In this document: piece by piece, positions 15,621 to 24,392 of the stretch
How the letters are laid out: the number at the start of each line of letters is the position of its first letter
Position numbering within the stretch: position 1 is the first letter of the stretch
DNA from: Pirellulales bacterium
Lineage (GTDB): Bacteria > Planctomycetota > Planctomycetia > Pirellulales > UBA1268
Assembly (NCBI GenBank): GCA_044376405.1
Contig: JBILKZ010000001.1
Span: forward strand, 24,214 to 88,213
Length of the DNA stretch: 64,000 nucleotides
Reading direction: 5' to 3'
The notes under the pieces: model-generated
What the model saw: the letters and a program-made list of their open reading frames with translations, nothing else
Told to the model about the DNA's origin: nothing
The model's database searches: none
Made by a program: the position numbers and the translations under genes

Positions 15621-16787
15621 CTACCGTATCGAAGGTGCCCAGGCGTTGGTGAGGTGGTGCATGATACCGGCGATAGCGGCCTGACGCTTGCTCGATCGTG
15701 TCGCCAGGATTGTGCAATCCGCCAGCGACGCGGTGAGCGTCCGCTGCTTCACCCGCTCGAGCACCCGGGCAAACCGTTCCTCCGAGCCGACGAGGAGCGT
15801 GCCGTGCACGAAGAGCGTGGTGGGATTGAAGATGTTGATGACGGCGGCGATCGCGATGGCGAGGTATTCCGTGACCGTACGGATCTCGTGCTGAAAGTCG
15901 CCAGGCCGCTCGCCGAGCAGCGAAATGGCTTCGTCGAGAGACACTGGCCTGCCCAGCTTCTCCGCAAGCAGCCGGAGCAGCGCCGTGTCGGTGGCGAGGG
16001 TTTCCAGGCAGCCGCGGTTGCCACAGCCGCAGCGGGTGCCGTCGGGGGCGACGGTGATGTGGCCCACCTCTCCCGCCATGCCGCTGTGGCCCGCGAGCAC
16101 CTGGCCGCCACTCATCACGCCCAGACCCAGTCCGGTGGTGACATCGAGCATCGCGAAGTCGTGCAGGCCACGGGCATTGCCATACATCCGCTCACTCAGG
16201 CAGAGCGCATTGGTCTCCTGAACGAGCACGCATTCCACACCCAGTCGCACCGCGAGATCGCGGGCAGGATTTCGCTTGTCGAGTAGGTGGAGGTTGGGGC
16301 AGAAGACGATCTCGGAGAGCCGTTCGTTGACGAGCCCCGGCACGCTCACGCCGATGCCGTGCACCCGGCCCGTGATGCCGTCGAGCAGAGCCCGGCACTG
16401 CTGTTCGAGTGCGTCGAGCAGTTCCGCGTAGCTTGCGGGCGTGATGAACCGCCGCGTCTGATCCTCGGAGACATTTCCGTCGAGACCAGCCGCGACCACC
16501 GAGCAGACCTGGGCATCGATCACCACGCCCAGCACGGCGGCCGATTCCGCCGCCATTCGCACGAGCCTGCCGGGCCGGCCGAGCGCCGGCTCCGAGGGAT
16601 CCAGCTCCTCGACGAATCCGCGCTTGAGAAGTGAATCAACCGCCTTGGAGACGGTGGGGGCCGTGAGGCCCGACACACGGGTCAGCATCGCCCGGGACGA
16701 TGGTCCCTGCTGCTGGATCACCTCGAGCAGCCGTCGCTCGTTGATCCGACGGAGGAGCGTCGATTCGATGCGGTTGGCCTGGTGCAT
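15621..16787 (-). CDS. ROK family transcriptional regulator
   Basis: N-terminal winged HTH (SRAMLTRVSGLTAPTVSKAVDSLLKRGFV) and ROK zinc motif GTRCGCGNRGCLE. ATG 16787 is preferred over the GTG at 16814. Confidence 0.85.
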   Translation of the reverse strand: MHQANRIESTLLRRINERRLLEVIQQQGPSSRAMLTRVSGLTAPTVSKAVDSLLKRGFVEELDPSEPALGRPGRLVRMAAESAAVLGVVIDAQVCSVVAAGLDGNVSEDQTRRFITPASYAELLDALEQQCRALLDGITGRVHGIGVSVPGLVNERLSEIVFCPNLHLLDKRNPARDLAVRLGVECVLVQETNALCLSERMYGNARGLHDFAMLDVTTGLGLGVMSGGQVLAGHSGMAGEVGHITVAPDGTRCGCGNRGCLETLATDTALLRLLAEKLGRPVSLDEAISLLGERPGDFQHEIRTVTEYLAIAIAAVINIFNPTTLFVHGTLLVGSEERFARVLERVKQRTLTASLADCTILATRSSKRQAAIAGIMHHLTNAWAPSIR

Positions 16788-16875
16788 GAAACGAAAACAC
16801 AACTTGTTTGACACTTTGTAAGCGACGCTTAGAATTAATCGTAACGCACGCGTTCAACATTTCCACAGGCATCGC

Positions 16876-19812
16876 ATGTTCCGCGAAAACTTCTGCCTCA
16901 GCCGCGGCCTGCGGATGCTGACCTGGGCGGTGGTGAGCGGTGGCATCCTGCTTTCAGCAGAGGTCTTCGCCGAGCCGGTTGATTTCTCGCGAGACATTCA
17001 GCCGCTCTTCGCCAAGCGGTGCTTTTCCTGCCACGGTCCCGACACGCACGAAGCCGGCCTGCGACTCGATCAGCAGAACAATGCAACTGCTGCACTCGAC
17101 AGTGGCGGTCGGGCGATCGTGCCTGGGAAGTCCGCAGAGAGCGAGATCCTCGCGCGGATCACCTCGAACGACCCCGACACGCAGATGCCTCCCGAGGGCC
17201 CGCGGCTGACGGCGACGCAGGTCGACGCGATCACACGCTGGATCGACGAGGGAGCTGAGTGGAAGGAGCACTGGGCGTTCCGGCCGCTCGTGCGACCCGC
17301 AGTTCCGGCCGCGGCTGACGCCGGCGGGCAAGCCGCGAATCCGATCGATGCCTTCATCCGGTCTGGCCTTGCCCATCGCGGGCTCAAGGCACCCGCGCCA
17401 GCCGACAAGACGGCCCTCATCCGCCGGGCGACCTACGACCTGATAGGCCTGCCGCCGAACGAGCAGGAGGTCCGCGACTTCCTCGCCGATGACTCGGCTG
17501 CCGCCTGGGAGAAGGTGGTTGATCGGCTGCTCGCCAGTCCGCACTACGGCGAGCAGTGGGCCCGTCACTGGCTCGATCTCGTTCGTTATGCCGACACGAA
17601 CTCCTTCGAGCGTGACGGCAACAAGCCGCACGCCTGGCGGTATCGCGATTACGTGATCCGGTCGCTCAATGACGACAAGCCCTACGACCAGTTCGTGCTC
17701 GAGCAACTGGCCGGCGACGAGCTGCCCGAGCCCACGAACGACGCGTTCATCGCGACGGGCTACTACCGGCTCGGCGTCTGGGACGATGAGCCGGCCGACC
17801 GCGAACAGTTTCGCTACGACTGGCTCGACGACATTGTCGCGACCACTGGCCAGGTGTTTCTCGGCCTGACGGTCAACTGTGCCCGCTGCCACGACCACAA
17901 GATCGACCCGATTCCGCAGCGCGACTACTACAGCCTGCTCTCGTTTTTCGACAACGTCACGCCGATGGGCAGTGGCGGCGACCAGATCGAGCGGCCACTG
18001 TTCCAGGATGACGCCAATCGGCACGACTACGAGCGGAAGGTCGCTGATCTGAAACGCCGCCGCGATGAAGCACAGGTGGCCGTCACGGAGATCGAGGACC
18101 GATTCCGCACCGAGTGGGAGCGGCAGTCAGCGGGTCAGGTAGCGGGGGGCGACCTCGACGACCTCGCGTTTCGATTCTATCGAGACTCCTGGTCGAAGCT
18201 GCCCGTGTTCGATGATTTGAAGGCCGAAGACACGGGCCCCGTGCCCGGCCAGGTCTTCGACATCGCGGTCGCGCCGTCGCTGCGGCCCGACAACTTCGGC
18301 TACGTGTTCACCGGCTTTCTCAAGGTGCCGATGGATGGTGACTACACGTTCTCGCTTGACTCCGACGACGGCTCGCGGCTGGCCATCGACGGTCGCGTGG
18401 TCGTGGAACACGACGGCATCCACGGCGAGGGAAAGCCGAAGACGGCCACCGTGCCCTTGAAGGCGGGCCGCTCGCCGATCCGACTCGACTACTTTCAGGG
18501 TCGGCTGGGAAAGGGACTGACGGTTGGCTGGTCAGGCCCGGGGTTCACCGTGCGGTCGCTCTCGGCGGCGTCAGTGGCGGTGGGCAGCGCAGGGCTGGCG
18601 AAGAAGTCCGACCTGAAGAAGGCCATCGCCGCTGATGGCGAACGCATTCTGGGCAGCGACGGGAAGAAGGACTACGACGCGAAGGCGCGGGCGATTGAGG
18701 CCCTCAAGAAGGAGGACGTGCCCATCGACAAGGCGCTCGTCGTGACCGAACGCGGGCCCACGCCAGCCGATACGTTCGTCTTCTACCGCGGCAATCCACA
18801 CGCGGAAAAGAAGCCAGAAAACAAGGTCGGCCCGGCGTTTCCGTCGATCCTCAAGGCGAAGGATCCGGTGATCCCCACGCCGGCCGCGGATGCGAAGACG
18901 TCCGGCCGCCGCACGGCGCTGGCCCGCTGGCTCGTCTCGCCCGACAATCCGCTGACGGCCCGCGTGATGGCCAACCGAATCTGGCAGTATCACTTCGGCC
19001 GGGGCATCGTCCGCAGTGCCTCGAACTTCGGCATGATGGGCGATCCTCCCACCCATCCCGAACTGCTCGACTGGCTGGCCACGGAACTGGTCGCCGGCAA
19101 CTGGCGGCTCAAGCCCCTGCACAAGCTGATCCTCATGTCGGAGGCCTACCGTGGAGCGTCAACCGGCAACGCGGACGCGTTGGCGCACGCGGAGGCGTTG
19201 AAAGTCGACCCGCTCAACGATTCCTTCTGGCGATTCGACATGCGGCGGCTCTCGGCCGAGGAACTCCGCGACTCGATCCACGCGGCCAGCGGAGCCTTCA
19301 ATCCAAAAATGTTCGGGCCTGGCGTCTACCCCATGATCCCCAAGGAAGTGATGGCCGGACAATCGCGGCCTGGTGCAGGCTGGGGCGATTCGAGCCCGGA
19401 GGAGCAGGCCCGCAGGAGCGTCTACGCGTTCGTGAAGCGGTCGCTGATCACGCCGATCCTCGCCGACTTCGACCTCGCCGACACCGATACGAGCTGCCCC
19501 GTTCGGTTTACGACGACGCAGCCCACGCAGGCGCTCGGGATGATGAACGGTGAGTTCCTGCATCGGCAGGCGCGGGTGTTTGCCGAACGGGTCCGACGTG
19601 AGGCGGGTGGGCCCGATGCGGCTGATGTGCCGGCGCAGGTCCGCCGGGCACTGGAGATCGCGCTCGTGCGGGTGGTCACCGATGCCGAGGTTGCCAGGGG
19701 TATCGCCCTCATCGACAGGCTCGACGATGCCGATGGCGTCAGCCCCAGCCGAGCCATGGAACTTTTTTGCCTGATGGTGCTGAACCTCAACGAATTCGCT
19801 TATCTCGACTGA
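16876..19812 (+). CDS. PSCyt + DUF1549/DUF1553 protein with an internal PA14-like domain
   Basis: 978 aa. Signal peptide, CFSCHG heme motif and CARCHDHKIDP. The central segment GYVFTGFLKVPMDGDYTFSLDSDDGSRLAIDGRVVV...IRLDYFQG resembles a PA14 domain. Confidence 0.85.
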   Translation: MFRENFCLSRGLRMLTWAVVSGGILLSAEVFAEPVDFSRDIQPLFAKRCFSCHGPDTHEAGLRLDQQNNATAALDSGGRAIVPGKSAESEILARITSNDPDTQMPPEGPRLTATQVDAITRWIDEGAEWKEHWAFRPLVRPAVPAAADAGGQAANPIDAFIRSGLAHRGLKAPAPADKTALIRRATYDLIGLPPNEQEVRDFLADDSAAAWEKVVDRLLASPHYGEQWARHWLDLVRYADTNSFERDGNKPHAWRYRDYVIRSLNDDKPYDQFVLEQLAGDELPEPTNDAFIATGYYRLGVWDDEPADREQFRYDWLDDIVATTGQVFLGLTVNCARCHDHKIDPIPQRDYYSLLSFFDNVTPMGSGGDQIERPLFQDDANRHDYERKVADLKRRRDEAQVAVTEIEDRFRTEWERQSAGQVAGGDLDDLAFRFYRDSWSKLPVFDDLKAEDTGPVPGQVFDIAVAPSLRPDNFGYVFTGFLKVPMDGDYTFSLDSDDGSRLAIDGRVVVEHDGIHGEGKPKTATVPLKAGRSPIRLDYFQGRLGKGLTVGWSGPGFTVRSLSAASVAVGSAGLAKKSDLKKAIAADGERILGSDGKKDYDAKARAIEALKKEDVPIDKALVVTERGPTPADTFVFYRGNPHAEKKPENKVGPAFPSILKAKDPVIPTPAADAKTSGRRTALARWLVSPDNPLTARVMANRIWQYHFGRGIVRSASNFGMMGDPPTHPELLDWLATELVAGNWRLKPLHKLILMSEAYRGASTGNADALAHAEALKVDPLNDSFWRFDMRRLSAEELRDSIHAASGAFNPKMFGPGVYPMIPKEVMAGQSRPGAGWGDSSPEEQARRSVYAFVKRSLITPILADFDLADTDTSCPVRFTTTQPTQALGMMNGEFLHRQARVFAERVRREAGGPDAADVPAQVRRALEIALVRVVTDAEVARGIALIDRLDDADGVSPSRAMELFCLMVLNLNEFAYLD

Positions 19813-19854
19813 CCCGCCGATGTGGCGAGAAAAAACCCGACAAGGATCCCAGCC

Positions 19855-21375
19855 ATGCCATCCAGCCACGATCATCGACACGGCCAGTTCTGTCACAGGA
19901 CCCGTCGTGAATTCTTCTGGGAGGCGGGCGCGTCGTTCACGGGCCTGGCCCTGTCTGGCCTGCTCGATCAGGGGTTCTTCACGCGGCATGCCCATGCGGC
20001 AGGGCAGCTGGGCGGGGCCGCCGACACTCCGTTCACGAATCCGCTTGCGGCCAAGCCTCCGCACTTCGCGCCCAAGGCGAAGAGCGTGATCTTCCTCTTC
20101 ATGTATGGCGGGCCGAGCCAGGTCGACACATTCGACTACAAGCCGAAGCTCTACGGCCTCGACGGCAAGACGATCGATGTGAAGACAAAGGGACGCGGCG
20201 GCGAGAAGAGCCAGGGCCGGGTCGTCGGCCCCAAGTGGAAGTTCAAGCAGTATGGACAGTGCGGCAAGTGGGTGAGCGATCTCTTTCCACACATCGCGAC
20301 TCATGTGGACGACATCGCGTTCATCCACTCGATGACGGCCGACTCGCCGATCCATGGCTCGGCGATGCTGCAGATGAACTCGGGGAAAATTCAGTCGGGT
20401 GCTCCCTGTCTGGGCTCGTGGGTGAACTATGGCCTCGGCAGTGTCAACGAGAACATGCCGGGCTTCGTGGTGATGCTCGATCCCACCGGCGGCCCGATCT
20501 CGGGCGCGAAGAACTGGTCGAGCGGCTACATGCCGGCGACCTACCAGGGCACGCTCTTGCGATCCAAGGGTTCGCCGATCCTCGATCTCGCGCCACCCGA
20601 CGATATGCCGCTGGAAGCGCAGCGCACGATGCTCGATGCCCTTCGTGAGACCAACACGGCCCACCTGCTCTCCCGCGGCGACAACACGGAACTCGCCGCG
20701 CGGATCGCCTCCTATGAACTGGCCTGGAAGATGCAGGAGCACGCGCCTGAGGCGGTTGATCTGGCCAGTGAGACAGAGGAGACGAAGAAACTCTACGGAC
20801 TGGAGAACCCGCGGACGGCGGACTTCGGCCGGCGGTGCCTGCTCGCGCGGCGGCTCGTCGAACGGGGCGTGCGTTTTATCCAGCTCTATTCCGGTGGCGC
20901 CCACAACGACGATAACTGGGATGCCCACACCGATATGGAAAAGAACCACAATTTCCACGCCGGGAATACCGACCAGCCGGTGGCGGCGCTGCTCACCGAT
21001 CTGAAGCGGTCGGGCCTGCTGGATTCGACGCTCGTGATCTGGGGCGGCGAGTTTGGCCGTCAGCCGACGGCAGAGTATGCCGAGGGCACGGGCCGCGACC
21101 ACAACTCATTCGGGTTCACGATGTGGATGGCCGGCGGCGGCATCAAGGGAGGCGTGAGCGTGGGCGAGACGGACGAACTGGGCTCGGCGGCGATCAGCCC
21201 TGGCCCCGGCCATGGCAACGGCGACAAGCCGGGCTTCCACGTGAAGAGTCTGCACGCCACGGTGCTGCACCAGCTTGGCCTCGACCCCAACCGGCTCTCC
21301 TATTTTTTCGGCGGCCTCGACCAGAAGCTCGTCGGTGTCGAACACGTCGAACCGATCCGAGAGGTGCTCGCATGA
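19855..21375 (+). CDS. DUF1501 domain-containing protein
   Basis: ATG 19855 gives the Tat-like signal HRTRREFFWEAGASFTGLALSGLL (the track ORF starts at GTG 19822). WGGEFGRQP...GRDHN motif. The stop overlaps the next start (ATGA). Confidence 0.85.
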   Translation: MPSSHDHRHGQFCHRTRREFFWEAGASFTGLALSGLLDQGFFTRHAHAAGQLGGAADTPFTNPLAAKPPHFAPKAKSVIFLFMYGGPSQVDTFDYKPKLYGLDGKTIDVKTKGRGGEKSQGRVVGPKWKFKQYGQCGKWVSDLFPHIATHVDDIAFIHSMTADSPIHGSAMLQMNSGKIQSGAPCLGSWVNYGLGSVNENMPGFVVMLDPTGGPISGAKNWSSGYMPATYQGTLLRSKGSPILDLAPPDDMPLEAQRTMLDALRETNTAHLLSRGDNTELAARIASYELAWKMQEHAPEAVDLASETEETKKLYGLENPRTADFGRRCLLARRLVERGVRFIQLYSGGAHNDDNWDAHTDMEKNHNFHAGNTDQPVAALLTDLKRSGLLDSTLVIWGGEFGRQPTAEYAEGTGRDHNSFGFTMWMAGGGIKGGVSVGETDELGSAAISPGPGHGNGDKPGFHVKSLHATVLHQLGLDPNRLSYFFGGLDQKLVGVEHVEPIREVLA

Positions 21376-22382
21376 AAAAGGTGCCAGCCACCAAATTTAG
21401 GCAAGCTGCGTTGTCCCCCTGCCGATCTTTCCCAGATTTGGTGGCTGGCACCGTTTTCTTTTTGGCGCTGCTGCCCACGGTGACGGTCGCGGAAGCACCG
21501 CAGACCGCGGTGCAGACGGGCCCGCCCCGCCGGGTGATCGCGGCCGATTCATCGACGAAGACGATGGCCTCCATCGACTCCGACGGTCGGGTGGAGTGGA
21601 AGCTCCCGTGCGGGCAGATCCATGATCTGCACCTGTTGCCCGACGGTCACATCCTCTATTCAGATGGCTGGACGCGGATCGTGGAGCTCGATGAGCACCG
21701 CAAGCCGATCTGGGACTACAACGCGAAGCGGAATGGCAACGCCGGCCGGACGGTCGAGGTGCATGCTTTCCAGCGGTTGCCTGACGGCACGACGATGATC
21801 GTCGAGTCGGGGCCGGCCCGGATCATCGAGGTCGCTCGCGACGGCACCCTGCGGCACGATATCAAGCTGACGGTGAACGAACGGTCGGCACACTCCGACA
21901 CACGGAACGCGCGGAAGACCGAGGCCGGCACCTACCTCGTGGCCCACGAGAAGGATGGCGTTGTCCGGGAGTATGACGCCACAGGAAAGGTCGTCTGGGA
22001 GTTCGACGTGCCGCTTTTTGACAAGCCGAAGAAGGGGGGGCACGGCCCCGAAGCCTTCGGCGACCAGGTTTATTCGGCCGTCAGGCTCGCCAACGGCAAC
22101 ACGCTCATCGGCACCGGCAACGGCCACAGCGTGCTCGAGGTGACGCCTGCCAAGGAGATCGTGTGGAAGATCGAGCAGCACGACCTGCCGGGGATCGTGC
22201 TGGCCTGGGTGACACAGGTGAGCCGCCTCAAAAACGGCAACACGCTCATCGTCAACTGCCACGCCGGCCCAGAGCAGCCGCAGATCATCGAGGTCACTCC
22301 GGAGAAGCAGGTCGTCTGGACGTTTAAAGATTTTCAGACGTTTGGCAACTCGCTGCCGGTGGCGGTGGTGCTGGATCCATGA
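21372..22382 (+). CDS. secreted beta-propeller repeat protein (PQQ-like/ASST-like repeats)
   Basis: ATG 21372 overlaps the upstream stop. Repeated DG.(I/V).W / NGNTLI blades. The first 28 codons are supplied by palindromic element family 3. Confidence 0.7.
   Translation: MKKVPATKFRQAALSPCRSFPDLVAGTVFFLALLPTVTVAEAPQTAVQTGPPRRVIAADSSTKTMASIDSDGRVEWKLPCGQIHDLHLLPDGHILYSDGWTRIVELDEHRKPIWDYNAKRNGNAGRTVEVHAFQRLPDGTTMIVESGPARIIEVARDGTLRHDIKLTVNERSAHSDTRNARKTEAGTYLVAHEKDGVVREYDATGKVVWEFDVPLFDKPKKGGHGPEAFGDQVYSAVRLANGNTLIGTGNGHSVLEVTPAKEIVWKIEQHDLPGIVLAWVTQVSRLKNGNTLIVNCHAGPEQPQIIEVTPEKQVVWTFKDFQTFGNSLPVAVVLDP
21374..21458 (+). repeat. palindromic element family 3, copy A (inside CDS)
   Basis: Arms GAAAAAGGTGCCAGCCACCAAAT (21374-21396) and ATTTGGTGGCTGGCACCGTTTTC (21436-21458); 39-nt spacer. 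Confidence 0.85.
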
Positions 22383-23128
22383 GGCACACCGCGGGGCGGT
22401 GTAACGCCGCGGGATGCTGGCTGGTGGCGATGGCGGCCGTGGTGGCTGGCTGTGGCCCGAGCGGCTCAGGTGTCGCCCCTGAATCTGCAGTGACCGTGGT
22501 CTCCCGTGGTGACGTCGGCGACCAGATCACCGCGGTCCGCGTCGGCGACGCCAATCGAATCGTCTCCGCGGCGCCGCTGACGGATGCCGAGTGGGAATCC
22601 CTCCGTGGCCTCACCGGCCTCCGCGAACTCGTGCTGGAGCATGGGAGCGCTGATGATGGCCGGGCGGAGATCCTCGCGACGCTCACGGGACTCGAACGGC
22701 TGGTCCTCCGCGAGTCGCCGCTGACTGATGCGGGATTCCGGCGGCTCGCGGAATGCCACACGCTCCGTGATCTGAACGTGCCGCAGGCTGCCTGCACCGC
22801 AGCGGGTGTGCGGGCACTCGCGTCGCTCGCGGTTCTGCGGAGCCTTCGCCTGGGCGGCCCGCAGCTCGCCGGAGTGGAAGTCTGTGAGGCGGTTGCCTCC
22901 CTGCCGCAGCTGCGATCGCTGCATCTCATCGACGTGCCGATCGGCGACGACGGTCTGGCGGCACTCCAGCGTCTGCCAGGCCTCTGGAATCTCTACCTCG
23001 ATGGAGCCGGGGTATCGGATGAGGCCTGGGAACGGTATTTTCAATCCTGCCCTCGGGTGCATGTGCACGTCGACCAGGCGCATCACGACCGGGATCCTCG
23101 CGGTCACCTTCACGAGCAGGCACCATGA
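22379..23128 (+). CDS. leucine-rich repeat lipoprotein
   Basis: Lipobox VVAGC. Repeated L..L..L.L...-type LRR units (LTGLRELVLEH, LTGLERLVLRES, LRDLNV, LRSLRLGG, LRSLHLID, LWNLYLDG). ATGA overlaps at both ends. Confidence 0.75.
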   Translation: MRHTAGRCNAAGCWLVAMAAVVAGCGPSGSGVAPESAVTVVSRGDVGDQITAVRVGDANRIVSAAPLTDAEWESLRGLTGLRELVLEHGSADDGRAEILATLTGLERLVLRESPLTDAGFRRLAECHTLRDLNVPQAACTAAGVRALASLAVLRSLRLGGPQLAGVEVCEAVASLPQLRSLHLIDVPIGDDGLAALQRLPGLWNLYLDGAGVSDEAWERYFQSCPRVHVHVDQAHHDRDPRGHLHEQAP

Positions 23129-24222
23129 AACAAACGACACCAGCCAGGAGCGAGAGAGGTCGGGGGAACGCGATCGGGCGTCGATTCGCGTGGTTCCTGG
23201 TGCTCGTCACGGTCTGCCTGCTCGCCGGGCGGGCAATGGCCGCGCGGGCCCGTACGGCCGTTGCCCACGACGTGGCCAGCGCGGCGAACGCCTGGCTCGA
23301 TTCGCTCGACTCCGCCCAGCGAACCCTGGCCTCGAAGCCGTTCGACGATGCCAAGCGGACCGACTGGCACTTCGTGCCCAAGCCCGCGCGGAAGGGTGTG
23401 CAACTCCGCGACATGACCGAGCCGCAGCAGGCGGCGGCCCTTGCGCTCCTGCGGTCGGTGCTGTCGCAGATCGGCTACGACAAATCGGTCGCCATCATGG
23501 AACTCGACGAGATCCTGCGGGTTCTCGAGGGATCGCGGGCGAAGAACATCCGTGATCCCAAGCGGTATTTCTTCACGATCTTCGGCACGCCGTCGGATGA
23601 AAGCCCGTGGGCGATCTCCTTCGAGGGGCATCACCTCTCGCTGAACTTCACCGTCCGGGACGGACGGATCGTGGACTCGACGCCGCAGTTCATGGGTGCG
23701 AATCCGGCCGTGGTGAAGACGCCGCTGCCGAATCTGCCCGCCGTGGGACACCGTGTGCTCGAGGCGGAGGAGTCGGTCGCTTTCGAGCTGATGAACTCGC
23801 TCGATGACGGTCAGCGAGTGAAGGCCATTATCTCACCTGAGCCGCCGAAGGAGATCCGCGGCGCGGGCGAGCCGCAGCCATCAGGTGAGCCGGCCGTTGG
23901 CATTGCGTGGGGCGACCTGTCGGCATCGCAGCAGGCGGTGCTCGAGCGACTCGTGGACGTCTATTGCGAGTCGATGCCGGAGGAGGTCGTGGCGGAGCGT
24001 CTGCAGGTGCTTGAAGCAGCCGAGGGCGGCTGGGCCGCAGTAAAATTCGCCTGGGCAGGCAGTGTCAAGCCGGGTGTCGGACACTATTACCGCGTCGAGG
24101 GTCCGACGTTCGTCATCGAACTGTGCAACGTGCAGCCCGATGCCGAAGGGAATCCGGCCAACCATATTCACTGCATGTGGCGGGACCGCACCGGCGATTT
24201 TGATTTGCCCGCGCGGGATTGA
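23125..24222 (+). CDS. DUF3500 domain-containing protein
   Basis: Signal peptide. DWHFVPKPARKGVQL, WAISFEGHHLSLNFTV, HYYRVEGPTFVIELCN and NHIHCMWRD match the DUF3500 pattern. Confidence 0.8.
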   Translation: MKQTTPARSERGRGNAIGRRFAWFLVLVTVCLLAGRAMAARARTAVAHDVASAANAWLDSLDSAQRTLASKPFDDAKRTDWHFVPKPARKGVQLRDMTEPQQAAALALLRSVLSQIGYDKSVAIMELDEILRVLEGSRAKNIRDPKRYFFTIFGTPSDESPWAISFEGHHLSLNFTVRDGRIVDSTPQFMGANPAVVKTPLPNLPAVGHRVLEAEESVAFELMNSLDDGQRVKAIISPEPPKEIRGAGEPQPSGEPAVGIAWGDLSASQQAVLERLVDVYCESMPEEVVAERLQVLEAAEGGWAAVKFAWAGSVKPGVGHYYRVEGPTFVIELCNVQPDAEGNPANHIHCMWRDRTGDFDLPARD

Positions 24223-24236
24223 GGCTCGCCAGCTGG

Positions 24237-24390
24237 ATCCCGTCGCTCGCGCTCAGGGCTTGGATGGTGATGACGGGGGAATCCCGTTGCTCGCGCTCAG
24301 GGCTTGGATGGTGATGACGGGGGAATCCCGTCGCTTGCGCTCAGGGCTTGGATGGCGGTATACAAGCCCCCGGCGCGAGCCGGGGGATTC
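24237..24390 (+). repeat. family 1 element with two extra 44-bp truncated tandem units
   Basis: ATCCCGTYGCTYGCGCTCAGGGCTTGGATGGTGATGACGGGGGA occurs at 24237-24280 and 24281-24324. A near-full unit follows at 24325-24390, ending TACAAGCCCCCGGCGCGAGCCGGGGGATTC. Confidence 0.85.
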
Positions 24391-24392
24391 TT

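Noticed and set aside
24237-24390. Possible CRISPR array (repeated 44-bp units)
   Set aside because: The units are directly adjacent without spacers, there are only about 2.5 copies, and they are truncated versions of the dispersed family 1 element. No cas genes are nearby.
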